Below, piece by piece: positions 1 to 8,096 of a stretch of DNA of 64,000 nucleotides. Positions within the stretch are counted from its first letter, which is position 1. The number at the start of each line of letters is the position of its first letter. Below the pieces are notes generated by a model. The model was not told the DNA's origin, did not search any database, and worked only from the letters and a program-made list of their open reading frames with translations. This DNA is from Patescibacteria group bacterium (GTDB lineage Bacteria > Patescibacteriota > Minisyncoccia > Moranbacterales > UBA2206), in contig JAKLIG010000002.1 of the NCBI GenBank assembly GCA_022709735.1, positions 65,949 through 129,948 of the forward strand, given 5' to 3'. The translations under genes were made by a program, and so were the position numbers.

Positions 1-386
1 TATTTAGAAAAAACACTTTGCAAAATTTCGCTGTGATGGAAAATATCCCGGCTAATTATAGCGATAAACACATCGGCATATCCATCAGCACGCTCAATTA
101 TTGGGATAAACATATTTTGATTGAAATCTTGATAGATTTCATTTTCTTTTTCTTTAGTTAAACCACTAAACTTTATCCAATAGCCCCAAAAAAAGGAATA
201 ATCCGCCTTATCATAATCGATAAAAGCCCAGAAATGCTTAATTATCCCCTTTTCCATGAGCTGTTCAAAGTGATATTTCACTACTTGTGGGGTAGATCCA
301 ATTATTCTAGCGATTTCAGAAAAGCTTACACGCCCATCTTTATCAAGCTCAAATAGTATTTTTTTGTCGAATTCCGTGAGGTTCAT
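1..386 (-). CDS. Lrp/AsnC-family transcriptional regulator, partial (start codon at ~386, C-terminus beyond window start)
   Basis: Reverse-strand translation from the ATG at ~384-386 reads MNLTEFDKKILFELDKDGRVSFSEIARIIGSTPQVVKYHFEQLMEKGIIKHFWAFIDYD. This matches the N-terminal winged-HTH pattern of the Lrp/AsnC family. The ORF runs off the window edge, so it is absent from the ORF track. Confidence 0.55.
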   Translation of the reverse strand, partial: MNLTEFDKKILFELDKDGRVSFSEIARIIGSTPQVVKYHFEQLMEKGIIKHFWAFIDYDKADYSFFWGYWIKFSGLTKEKENEIYQDFNQNMFIPIIERADGYADVFIAIISRDIFHHSEILQSVFSK

Positions 387-555
387 TTTTTAAATTATAT
401 ACTTATATAATCATTTTAGCACATTATTGATAAAATATCAAGTAATATATTGAAATATTGTCCAAACAGTGCTATAATAGGCCGTTAAGCTAAAAATAGC
501 CTAACAAACGCACCTTTAAAAAACAACTTTAAAACCATACAAAAGGAGTCCAAAA

Positions 556-1407
556 ATGGAAAAAATCAATGTAATCATTGAAATGGCAAGACATGGCAAA
601 AAAAATGGCTTTAATTCAAGTCGAATCTCAAACTCGGAAGAAATCGCAGAAATGGCAGAGAATATAGATTTAAGCGGATTCCAGTCAGTTGAAATTCATA
701 CAACGCCAGTAGAAAGAGCCGTTCACACCGCCCAATCAATTCAGAGTGGTTTCAAAAAACAAGGAGCGGATACGGAAATCAAGATCCAGGAAATGGCTAG
801 CGGGATCTTGAGCTCTGCAGGAACTTCTATTGAAGCCATTATGGCTAAAAGTGAAAGCTCCAAGGATCTTAACCTGATTTCTCCGGAAATCAGAGAGGAA
901 TACAAATTAGCCGTGGAAAATCACATCGCCTCATCCTGGTCTAAAGAGGACGCCGGTGTCGGCGCCTGGATCAAAATCATGAAAAAAGAAATTGAGTTTC
1001 TGAAAAAAAATGGGGCTGAAAAGTTTAAAAGTGACCAGCTCAAAAAAAACGGAATTTCTGTTCTTGAGGTGGTTCTACGGATATGTAGTTACCTCATTAA
1101 CATTAATGGTGAAAATAAATTCGTGTATTCAATAAATCACGCGGGTTTCATCGAACCATTATTAGTCTATCTACTAGCCGAACAAATTACCGAAAATCCA
1201 GTAAGAGATGGGCTGGATGTTTTCCAAAAGATGGGTGGTGCCTTCGAGCCGTCCGAGAGTGTAAAGATTATCCTCAAGGGCGAAAAAGTTATTTTTCATC
1301 TACGAGGAAAAATTTACGAAATTAACCGAGAGAAATTAGAAAAGGAGGCAAAAAAATTAGAAAGCATTTCAATCGCTAATCAAGTTATCGAGATGCGAAA
1401 AAAATAG
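556..1407 (+). CDS. histidine phosphatase superfamily protein (SixA/phosphoglycerate-mutase-like fold)
   Basis: N-terminal catalytic RHG motif (IEMARHGKK). A downstream TPVERAVHTAQ segment matches the SP-x-RA-x-QTA motif of branch-1 histidine phosphatases. A later NHAGF histidine is also present. Confidence 0.5.
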   Translation: MEKINVIIEMARHGKKNGFNSSRISNSEEIAEMAENIDLSGFQSVEIHTTPVERAVHTAQSIQSGFKKQGADTEIKIQEMASGILSSAGTSIEAIMAKSESSKDLNLISPEIREEYKLAVENHIASSWSKEDAGVGAWIKIMKKEIEFLKKNGAEKFKSDQLKKNGISVLEVVLRICSYLININGENKFVYSINHAGFIEPLLVYLLAEQITENPVRDGLDVFQKMGGAFEPSESVKIILKGEKVIFHLRGKIYEINREKLEKEAKKLESISIANQVIEMRKK

Positions 1408-1525
1408 TTCTTTCAAAAAAGGTCAAACGGGAAGCTACCTATACAAAACGCTTCCCACTTTTTTCAAGATCATCTTATTTATAAGGTAATCTTAAGAGAA
1501 GTATTAATTATTAAATTATAATAAT

Positions 1526-3088
1526 ATGGAAAAAAATAACTTACCAAAAAAATCAAACTGGAAATTGATGTATGAAGGACCTGACTTGGGTCATTTTCTA
1601 GCTAATCAAATATTCATCAAACCCTTTAGCCAAAAAAATAGCTTACTAAACAAATTAACCGGTTTTAAATATGACTATTATCTTTGGTATAGCGACGAAA
1701 ATGAATGTGGCGGAATTCATGGCGGATACTATCAAGAAAGTGATTTGAGAAGAGCTCTCGAAAAAGGAGAAAAACTATTTTTCAATAAAAAGTGGCTTGA
1801 GAAATGGTATCAATTAATAGATAGTGATTCAAAAAAAGTTGGCGAGCTTATGGAGAAATATAGCCTTGAAAAAAATATCAAAAAATACAACGCCACTAAA
1901 TTGCTGAAAATTATTCCAAAGATGATTACTTTGGAATATAGACTTCTTTCTTATGTGAGATGTAGTCAACCACAATTAACTGATGCTTTGAAAAATAAAC
2001 TCTACAAAAAAATAAGAAGGAAAATCAAAAATGAAAAAACCGTTGAGAAAATTTTCAACACACTTACGATGCCAGAAGAAAAATCCTTTTTCACCGAGGA
2101 AGAAATAGCTTGGCTATCAATTATAATAGAGGCCGAAGAAAAAATCCGAGAAAAAGAAATTAGACATCTCTCTGAAGAATTTTTATCTAATAATTATTTA
2201 GAGATATTTAAATCAATCAAAAATCACCTTGAAAAATATTCGCTGATACCCGCTAGCGACAGAACCCCAGCTTGGGATATTGAGCATTTTATTGAACTCT
2301 TAAAAAATAATTTAAGATCAGATATTAATCATCAAAACAAACAAAAAGAAATCATCAACCAATACAAAAATTCTAAAAAAATAAAAGAAAATATCATTAG
2401 AAAATATAATCTGGAATACAGTTGCCTTGAAATAGGAAGTAGGATTGCAAAAGTTGGATTCTATAGATTTAAGGCAAGTTTCTATTGGAGATGGATGGGA
2501 TATTATTTAGTTTTAATTTCAAAAAGATATTCTAAAAAATTAAACATATCCTTCAAAGAAATAACATCTCTAACAGAAAAAGAATTTATCGAGGCGATTA
2601 AAAGCAACCGACTTCCCCATAAAAAATATCTATCAAAAAGAGCAACAGCAGAACTCTATTTGCACCAAAAAGGAAAAAACTTTATTTGGTGGGGAGATGA
2701 AGCAATTAAGAAGAAAAAAGAGTTTTTGGGTAATAACATAGACGGGGCAACCGAACTAAAGGGAGAAATTGGAAGCATGGGGATGGTCAAGGGCAGGGCA
2801 TTTGTGTTTTATTGGAGTGACAATATAATCAAAAAAATGCAAAGCATGAGACAAGGAGACATTCTTGTCGCCCCACAAACTCATCCTACATATATGCCCG
2901 CCATAAGAATGGCGCAAGCTATGGTTTGCGATGAAGGCGGAGTTACTGGACATGCGGCAATAGTTGCTCGAGAACTCAAAAAACCTTGCGTCATAGGACT
3001 GCATACTGCTACCAAAATAATTAAAACTGGGGATGAAATTGAGGTTGATGCCAACAAAGGAATTGTTAGAATTATAAAAAGAAAATAA
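1526..3088 (+). CDS. protein with C-terminal PEP-utilising-enzyme mobile (phosphohistidine swivel) domain; N-terminal ~400 aa unassigned
   Basis: C-terminus carries GRAFVFYW...GDILVAPQTHPTYMPAIRMAQAMVCDEGGVTGHAAIVARELKKPCVIGL. This is the G-G-x-T-S/G-H-A-A-I-V-A-R-E-L-G-I-P-C-V-V-G signature of PEP synthase / PPDK / rifampin-phosphotransferase swivel domains. Confidence 0.6.
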   Translation: MEKNNLPKKSNWKLMYEGPDLGHFLANQIFIKPFSQKNSLLNKLTGFKYDYYLWYSDENECGGIHGGYYQESDLRRALEKGEKLFFNKKWLEKWYQLIDSDSKKVGELMEKYSLEKNIKKYNATKLLKIIPKMITLEYRLLSYVRCSQPQLTDALKNKLYKKIRRKIKNEKTVEKIFNTLTMPEEKSFFTEEEIAWLSIIIEAEEKIREKEIRHLSEEFLSNNYLEIFKSIKNHLEKYSLIPASDRTPAWDIEHFIELLKNNLRSDINHQNKQKEIINQYKNSKKIKENIIRKYNLEYSCLEIGSRIAKVGFYRFKASFYWRWMGYYLVLISKRYSKKLNISFKEITSLTEKEFIEAIKSNRLPHKKYLSKRATAELYLHQKGKNFIWWGDEAIKKKKEFLGNNIDGATELKGEIGSMGMVKGRAFVFYWSDNIIKKMQSMRQGDILVAPQTHPTYMPAIRMAQAMVCDEGGVTGHAAIVARELKKPCVIGLHTATKIIKTGDEIEVDANKGIVRIIKRK

Positions 3089-3109
3089 TTCTAGCTAAAA
3101 GTTGTCATA

Positions 3110-3142
3110 AAAAAACCACTCTTCACGAGTGGTTTTTTTGTG
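3110..3142 (+). terminator. rho-independent terminator after the PEP-utiliser gene
   Basis: aaaaaaccactcttcacgagtggtttttttg forms a perfect 9-bp stem followed by a T7 tract. Confidence 0.6.
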
Positions 3143-3229
3143 CCCTCAGTAGGAATCCCTGCCTGCCGGCAGGCAGGAAACCTACATCTCATTCTTAGGA
3201 CGGATTTGCTCCCCGCCTGCCATCGCCTG
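3141..3229 (-). pseudogene. partial duplicate of the tRNA-Arg 3' half (anticodon arm to 3' end), with a 20-bp perfect palindrome in the T-loop
   Basis: The minus strand reads AGCAAATCCGTCCTAAGAATGAGATGTAGGTTT[CCTGCCTGCCGGCAGGCAGG]GATTCCTACTGAGGGCAC. This is near-identical to positions ~22-73 of the adjacent intact tRNA but lacks the acceptor 5' strand and D-arm. Confidence 0.5.
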
Positions 3230-3301
3230 TGCCCTCAGTAGGAATCGAACCTACATCTCATCCTTAGGACGGATTTGCTCTATCCATTGAGCTATGAGGG
3301 C
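3230..3301 (-). tRNA. tRNA-Arg (anticodon CCU)
   Basis: Reverse complement GCCCTCATAGCTCAATGGATAGAGCAAATCCGTCCTAAGGATGAGATGTAGGTTCGATTCCTACTGAGGGCA folds as a cloverleaf. Acceptor stem is 7 bp, D-arm is GCTC/GAGC, anticodon loop is GTCCTAA, T-arm is GTAGG-TTCGATT-CCTAC. Confidence 0.8.
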
Positions 3302-3350
3302 AGAGGCAAAGGCGGGCAGGTATCCGTTGAACTACAGGGACAGAATTATT

Positions 3351-4283
3351 TTATACAGCTTCTCTTTTTATATTTTTCTTTTCCATATATTCGTCCAGCG
3401 CTTCATCTTCCCACGCTAATAGTTTACTTCCATAATGAGTTCCGCTACGTTCTTTGCCGCTTTCTTTTGCCTCTTCTTTTATACACTTTAAAATCAACTT
3501 GATTATCGTATTATTTTTTCGAAGCTTTTGATATGTATCATCATATAGAACATTCCTGTTTAATAGTATGCCATTATCTAATTGAAGATCAGCAATATAT
3601 AAACATCTCTTAAATTCTCTCTTGAGCATTTTTTCAATGACTGTGTCATCTTTTTCCTTCAAGGCTTTTTCAAAAACTGCATCGGGATAATTTTTGCCAG
3701 CTTCTTTTTCCAAAAGTTTTATTTGGTTATAATACTCATACTTTTTGCCATACGCAACCTGCATAAGTTTCTCCTTAGCCTCTAAATATTCCTTATATTT
3801 TTCAGGTTTATTAACTTTATTAATCTCTTCTAAAAAAGATTGAATATCTTCTTCGAAAGAAAAAGGCTCAGGATATTTTTTAAGAAACTCTTCTACATTT
3901 CTAGCATCAATTTCTTCATACGCATTGGCGTCATTTAAAACCAAACGAGCAATCATTCTTTCTATGTGTTTTTCTACCTGTTTATCTTCCGAAATTTCTC
4001 TGAATAACAAAGCTGGTTTGCCAGGATGTATGCCTGTAGAAATTTCTTCTAATTTCAATAATTCTTTAAAATCTTCCCTGGTAATTTCTCCGCCGGCAAC
4101 TTTTTTTAAGAATTCTTCTTTCGCTTTTATTTCCAAAACCAATCCTGTTTCGCCAAAAATCTTTGCATCTTTTTCTGACATAAAAATAATTATTTCTTTT
4201 TGTTTTTCAATATCAGGAGTTATTTCTTTTTCACCCATATTTTCTTTTTCCATTATTTTTGTAATTGATTCGGGATTGTACAT
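3351..4283 (-). CDS. hypothetical protein (acidic, Lys/Glu-rich, cytoplasmic)
   Basis: Long ORF (310 aa) with the local coding-like composition. No motif recognised. Confidence 0.45.
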   Translation of the reverse strand: MYNPESITKIMEKENMGEKEITPDIEKQKEIIIFMSEKDAKIFGETGLVLEIKAKEEFLKKVAGGEITREDFKELLKLEEISTGIHPGKPALLFREISEDKQVEKHIERMIARLVLNDANAYEEIDARNVEEFLKKYPEPFSFEEDIQSFLEEINKVNKPEKYKEYLEAKEKLMQVAYGKKYEYYNQIKLLEKEAGKNYPDAVFEKALKEKDDTVIEKMLKREFKRCLYIADLQLDNGILLNRNVLYDDTYQKLRKNNTIIKLILKCIKEEAKESGKERSGTHYGSKLLAWEDEALDEYMEKKNIKREAV

Positions 4284-4310
4284 ATTTTTAATTTAATTAT
4301 TAATAGTAAA

Positions 4311-4580
4311 TTATTTTTTACTTTTTCCAAATTTTGATTTCATTGCAATGAATGTTCCAACTGCAATGCCGAGTGAATATACAGTTATCGCTAAAATACT
4401 TCTTTCAGTGTCTAACCTTGTGAGTATATCATAAAATACTCCCAAACTTATCATCGAAGTAAAAAAAGAAAATGTCGAAGCTAAAAGCGGTCGATCCGTC
4501 GCAACATACTTTACATTGAGCGTCCAAAACACATCTTGCATCACTCCAACTAGAAAATAAATTATAAAATAAATATTCAT
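4311..4580 (-). CDS. small membrane protein (2-3 TM helices)
   Basis: 89-aa ORF with hydrophobic helices and a KFGKSKK C-terminal tail. Confidence 0.4.
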   Translation of the reverse strand: MNIYFIIYFLVGVMQDVFWTLNVKYVATDRPLLASTFSFFTSMISLGVFYDILTRLDTERSILAITVYSLGIAVGTFIAMKSKFGKSKK

Positions 4581-4593
4581 ATTTTTTTATTAG

Positions 4594-4666
4594 TGGACCT
4601 GAGGAGACTCGAACTCCTTACCTCAGCAATGCGAATGCTGCGCTCTACCAGCTGAGCTACAGGCCC
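4594..4666 (-). tRNA. tRNA-Ala (anticodon CGC)
   Basis: Reverse complement GGGCCTGTAGCTCAGCTGGTAGAGCGCAGCATTCGCATTGCTGAGGTAAGGAGTTCGAGTCTCCTCAGGTCCA. G3:U70 alanine identity pair is present. Anticodon loop is TTCGCAT. Confidence 0.8.
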
Positions 4667-4677
4667 TATTTTTAGAG

Positions 4678-4751
4678 TGGGTATATCCTGACTCGAACAG
4701 GAGACCTTTCCGATGTGAACGGAACGCTCTAACCAACTGAGCTATACACCC
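4678..4751 (-). tRNA. tRNA-Val (anticodon CAC)
   Basis: Reverse complement GGGTGTATAGCTCAGTTGGTTAGAGCGTTCCGTTCACATCGGAAAGGTCTCCTGTTCGAGTCAGGATATACCCA. Anticodon loop is TTCACAT. Confidence 0.8.
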
Positions 4752-4757
4752 AAAAGG

Positions 4758-4830
4758 TGGACCATACCGGGATCGAACCGGTCACCTCATCCGTGCCACG
4801 GATGCGCTCTACCAGATGAGCTAATGGCCC
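4758..4830 (-). tRNA. tRNA-Ala (anticodon GGC)
   Basis: Reverse complement GGGCCATTAGCTCATCTGGTAGAGCGCATCCGTGGCACGGATGAGGTGACCGGTTCGATCCCGGTATGGTCCA. G3:U70 pair is present. Anticodon loop is GTGGCAC. The 5' end overlaps the stop codon of the next ORF. Confidence 0.7.
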
Positions 4831-5507
4831 GCATTGCAAATAGTTTCTATTATTTGCCTTATTTCATTATAAATATCAGCAGAAAAATAATCTATCCGGC
4901 AAACTCCTTTATATTCTGGTTTTTTTGATTTTTTTCCCACAGTTCGCAAATCAATTCTAGCTTTATAAAATTGACTCAATGGAATACCTGTAGTATTTGA
5001 CCAAAATTTTTCTAGTTTTAGAACATCCTGATCTGCTCTGCCTTGCAAAGTACATCTGAATTTTTTCTCATCAATCTTATAACATTTTCTTAATAAACCT
5101 AAAAAAAGCTTGATTACTTTAGGATCAGAATTTCCTAACATAAGGGAACTTCTGTGTGTTTTCCCGCCTTCGCCTAAATATAACACTGCTAGTATAATTT
5201 TAGCAATATCTTCATTATTTTTTAACTTTTCCAAATGAGCCACTCTATTTTTAATTTCATTTAAATATTTCTTTCTTTTTTCTCCGATTGTTTTTAAGGC
5301 TGCTACATGAGCAATTTCAGTTTTATTTTTTATAGCCTCATCTAGCTTAGACTTTGCTTTCTGTGATAGTTTCAAGCCATCAAACCAAAAAGATAAAGTA
5401 CTTTTTGGTATTTTTATTTTTATCTTTGATATAATTTCTCCATAAGTATTCCCCTCACTTCTAAGTTCAATCGCTCTATTTTTATATTTTATATATTTGG
5501 ATATCAT
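4821..5507 (-). CDS. possible single-motif LAGLIDADG-type homing endonuclease with N-terminal HTH
   Basis: Contains IAKIILAVLYLGEGGK, which resembles the LAGLIDGDG helix motif. The N-terminus (NRAIELRSEGNTYGEIISKI) looks like a helix-turn-helix. The stop codon overlaps the tRNA-Ala 5' end. Confidence 0.35.
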   Translation of the reverse strand: MISKYIKYKNRAIELRSEGNTYGEIISKIKIKIPKSTLSFWFDGLKLSQKAKSKLDEAIKNKTEIAHVAALKTIGEKRKKYLNEIKNRVAHLEKLKNNEDIAKIILAVLYLGEGGKTHRSSLMLGNSDPKVIKLFLGLLRKCYKIDEKKFRCTLQGRADQDVLKLEKFWSNTTGIPLSQFYKARIDLRTVGKKSKKPEYKGVCRIDYFSADIYNEIRQIIETICNAGH

Positions 5508-5600
5508 AATATATCAATTGTACTACTGAACTTATCAATGTGCAAACAAAAAAATTCAAATAAATTTGCTACAAAGCTTTAATAATATTAAACTATATTT

Positions 5601-7172
5601 ATGGATTCAATAAAAATGCTTTGGGGTAAATTCAAAACTCAACCAGATATTTGGTTCTTTTTTGGATTTTTATTAACTTTTACCTTAAGTGTTCGAAAAG
5701 TACTGTTTTACTTTCCAATTCTTGGAACTTTTAATGAATATTCCGGGATGTATCTTTATATCTCTGATATATTTCTACTTTTAACCCTTCTTTCTTGGCT
5801 TATATCTATATTATGCAATAATAGTATTACTTTATCAAGATACTTGCCCCCCACTAAAAATCTATTATCTCATTACAAAACTTATTTAAAACAATTTTTA
5901 GTGGGGGGTGAACTGTGGATAAGTAATATATTTCACAGGTTATACATACTTTTACCATCTTTTTTAGTTTTACTTTCTTTTATATCAATTTTCTGGTCCC
6001 AAAATCAGTCAATAGCATTATTTAGATCTATTAAGCTTTTAGAGTTTTATTTACTCTATCTATACATTATCTTCCGCATTGTTCCACAATTGTTCCACGC
6101 TTGCCCGCCAGAAAAATGTTCCACGCTTGCCCCGTTAATCTTAGATGTTCCACGTGGAACATCTAAGATTATTACGGGGTGGAACAAACTACTTTTCGGC
6201 ACTATTATCTTTTTAGGCCTATTCCAAGCCATAATCGGCATTATCCAATTTTTCCTACAAAAATCTATCGGCCTATTTTGGCTCAAAGAAAGCCTAATTT
6301 CACCAGACATTCTTGGCGTGGCAAAAGTAATTTTAAATAGCGAAAAATTCATCCGCGCTTATGGTTTAATGCCACATCCTAATATTCTAGGAGGATTTCT
6401 ACTATTTTCAATTATTATAACTTTACTTTATCAAAAATGTTCCATGCGGAACATTAAAAATGGCATCTGGCTTTTTAGGCTTATTCTAACAATCCAAATT
6501 TTCTCTCTAATTTTAACTTTTTCAAAATCAGCCATAATTGGACTGCTTATCGCCTTAGTATATATTTATGTTTCACGTGGAACATTTATTAAGAACTTAA
6601 AGCAACTGCAAAATTTTAAACTTATAATTCTATCAGTCTTAATTATTTTATTTTCTAGTTTTATTTTAATCAAACCAGATCTGAATTCTCTATTTACCAA
6701 ATCTCTAAATGAACGTTTATTCTATCTGAATGTTCCACATGGAACATTCGTGGAACATCCAATTTTAGGAATTGGAACCGGACAATCGGTTTTAATGATG
6801 CAAAAATTTTATTCGCAAACTCTAAACTTCTGGGAATATCAGCCTGTTCATAATGTTTTTTTGCTTATCCTAAGCGAACTAGACGTATTCGGTCTTGGAG
6901 TATTTATTTGGTGGTTATGGGAATTGTTCCATGCAAAACAATTAAAAGAGAAGAATAACGAGTATATATTACAAAACAATAATACCACTTTGTCAAGTAT
7001 TGTTATCTCCCGCTATTTCAAAGGAATTCTTCTAGGTCTTATCTTTATAATGCTTTTTGATCATTATTTATGGGATATTCAGCAAGGAAGCTTTCTATTT
7101 TGGCTAACCGCCGGATTTGTTGCTGGAATAACCAAAAACTGGTATTGTGGAAATGAAATTGTAATTAGTTAG
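5601..7172 (+). CDS. O-antigen ligase/Wzy-like polytopic membrane protein carrying multiple in-frame palindromic repeat insertions
   Basis: At least 10 predicted TM helices. The C-terminal region carries the Wzy_C-like motif NERLFYLNVPHGTFVEHPILGIGTGQS. The reading frame stays open across 6 palindromic DNA repeats (see findings). Confidence 0.5.
   Translation: MDSIKMLWGKFKTQPDIWFFFGFLLTFTLSVRKVLFYFPILGTFNEYSGMYLYISDIFLLLTLLSWLISILCNNSITLSRYLPPTKNLLSHYKTYLKQFLVGGELWISNIFHRLYILLPSFLVLLSFISIFWSQNQSIALFRSIKLLEFYLLYLYIIFRIVPQLFHACPPEKCSTLAPLILDVPRGTSKIITGWNKLLFGTIIFLGLFQAIIGIIQFFLQKSIGLFWLKESLISPDILGVAKVILNSEKFIRAYGLMPHPNILGGFLLFSIIITLLYQKCSMRNIKNGIWLFRLILTIQIFSLILTFSKSAIIGLLIALVYIYVSRGTFIKNLKQLQNFKLIILSVLIILFSSFILIKPDLNSLFTKSLNERLFYLNVPHGTFVEHPILGIGTGQSVLMMQKFYSQTLNFWEYQPVHNVFLLILSELDVFGLGVFIWWLWELFHAKQLKEKNNEYILQNNNTTLSSIVISRYFKGILLGLIFIMLFDHYLWDIQQGSFLFWLTAGFVAGITKNWYCGNEIVIS
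6081..6190. repeat. nested palindromic element: 30-bp perfect palindrome tcttagatgttccacgtggaacatctaaga, preceded by two direct copies of gttccacgcttgcccg
   Basis: Read directly. The core ATGTTCCACGTGGAACAT recurs in degenerate form at ~6436-6455, 6568-6585, 6729-6760 and 6922-6941. Confidence 0.8.
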
Positions 7173-7184
7173 AATAAAAACGAT

Positions 7185-8096
7185 ATGGACAAAGAACAGC
7201 AATTTAATCCGAGCAATCCAAAATATAAAAAGATTGAGGACTTGCCAGCTGATGAACAAAATAAATTTAAAGCAAATTATGACTATAAACCTACCGAGGG
7301 ATATGTAGAAAATGGTTTCGTAAGAAATAGTGTCTACAAAAAAGATGAAGCGCAAGAACAAGCGAAGCGCATGCAAAAATTAATAACATCTGGTCAAGCA
7401 TCAAATTATAATGACGCGGAAAAGATCGTAGAAGAAGAAATAAAAAAAGAATACTTAATAGAGGCAAAAAAGGAGTTAACTACAAATGCAAGCAAGACCC
7501 TTGGCGTTTATGGGCTGTTTCTAAGTGGCCTTTTGAATTTAGCATACTGTCTTGAAAATGCTGGCGAAAATGAATTGTTTGAAAAAATTATTAATAAAAT
7601 TCTTCCTTGTGCTGGCGTCATAAATGTAAAATTTGCGCTAGAAAAACTTGGCGATACATCAAAAATGAATGATCTTGATCGTGCAGAAAGTGTTATTGGC
7701 CATGAAATATTTAGATTAGAAAAATACTCACTAAAAAATATTGAGACACCAATTTTTAGGGCGTTTGCTCGACTCATTGCTGACATAAAAATGCTTTGGG
7801 AGGATTATCGAGGAGAGACAATAGCTCCATTAAAATTATATAGAGCATTGGGTGAGGAAAATAAAATCAAAGAAGCTGAAGAAATTATAAATAATCCTGA
7901 TTTTAAATATAAACAAAGCTTTGAATATGCAAATAGGACATTCAATGCAACTGAATATATGAAAAGAATAAATGCTTTAAGGGTATTACTTCAAGAATTT
8001 CTGGAAAAAACTAATCAATTCGAAGAAAGCAGAATAGATTATTATCAAGCTGTTGATGAAATCGAAAAAGAAATAACTGCCAAACTTGAACAATAG
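7185..8096 (+). CDS. hypothetical protein
   Basis: 303-aa ORF with no recognisable motif. Coding-like composition. Confidence 0.45.
   Translation: MDKEQQFNPSNPKYKKIEDLPADEQNKFKANYDYKPTEGYVENGFVRNSVYKKDEAQEQAKRMQKLITSGQASNYNDAEKIVEEEIKKEYLIEAKKELTTNASKTLGVYGLFLSGLLNLAYCLENAGENELFEKIINKILPCAGVINVKFALEKLGDTSKMNDLDRAESVIGHEIFRLEKYSLKNIETPIFRAFARLIADIKMLWEDYRGETIAPLKLYRALGEENKIKEAEEIINNPDFKYKQSFEYANRTFNATEYMKRINALRVLLQEFLEKTNQFEESRIDYYQAVDEIEKEITAKLEQ

Noticed and set aside
2756-3004. Antisense 82-aa ORF inside the PEP-utiliser gene. The same class includes many track ORFs antisense to gyrA (11117-13421), ftsH (20111-21078), uvrD, pnp and the VirB6-like gene.
   Set aside because: They lie entirely within longer ORFs that have clear protein-family signatures on the opposite strand. 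Their composition is low-complexity, and they have no RBS. Treated as spurious.
3275-3502. 75-aa plus-strand ORF overlapping the tRNA-Arg gene and the 3' end of ORF 3351..4283.
   Set aside because: It overlaps a well-folded tRNA and a longer minus-strand ORF. Artefact of six-frame translation.
6056-6352. 98-aa minus-strand ORF across the palindrome cluster.
   Set aside because: It exists only because the palindromes read similarly on both strands. The plus-strand 523-aa membrane protein is the coherent gene.
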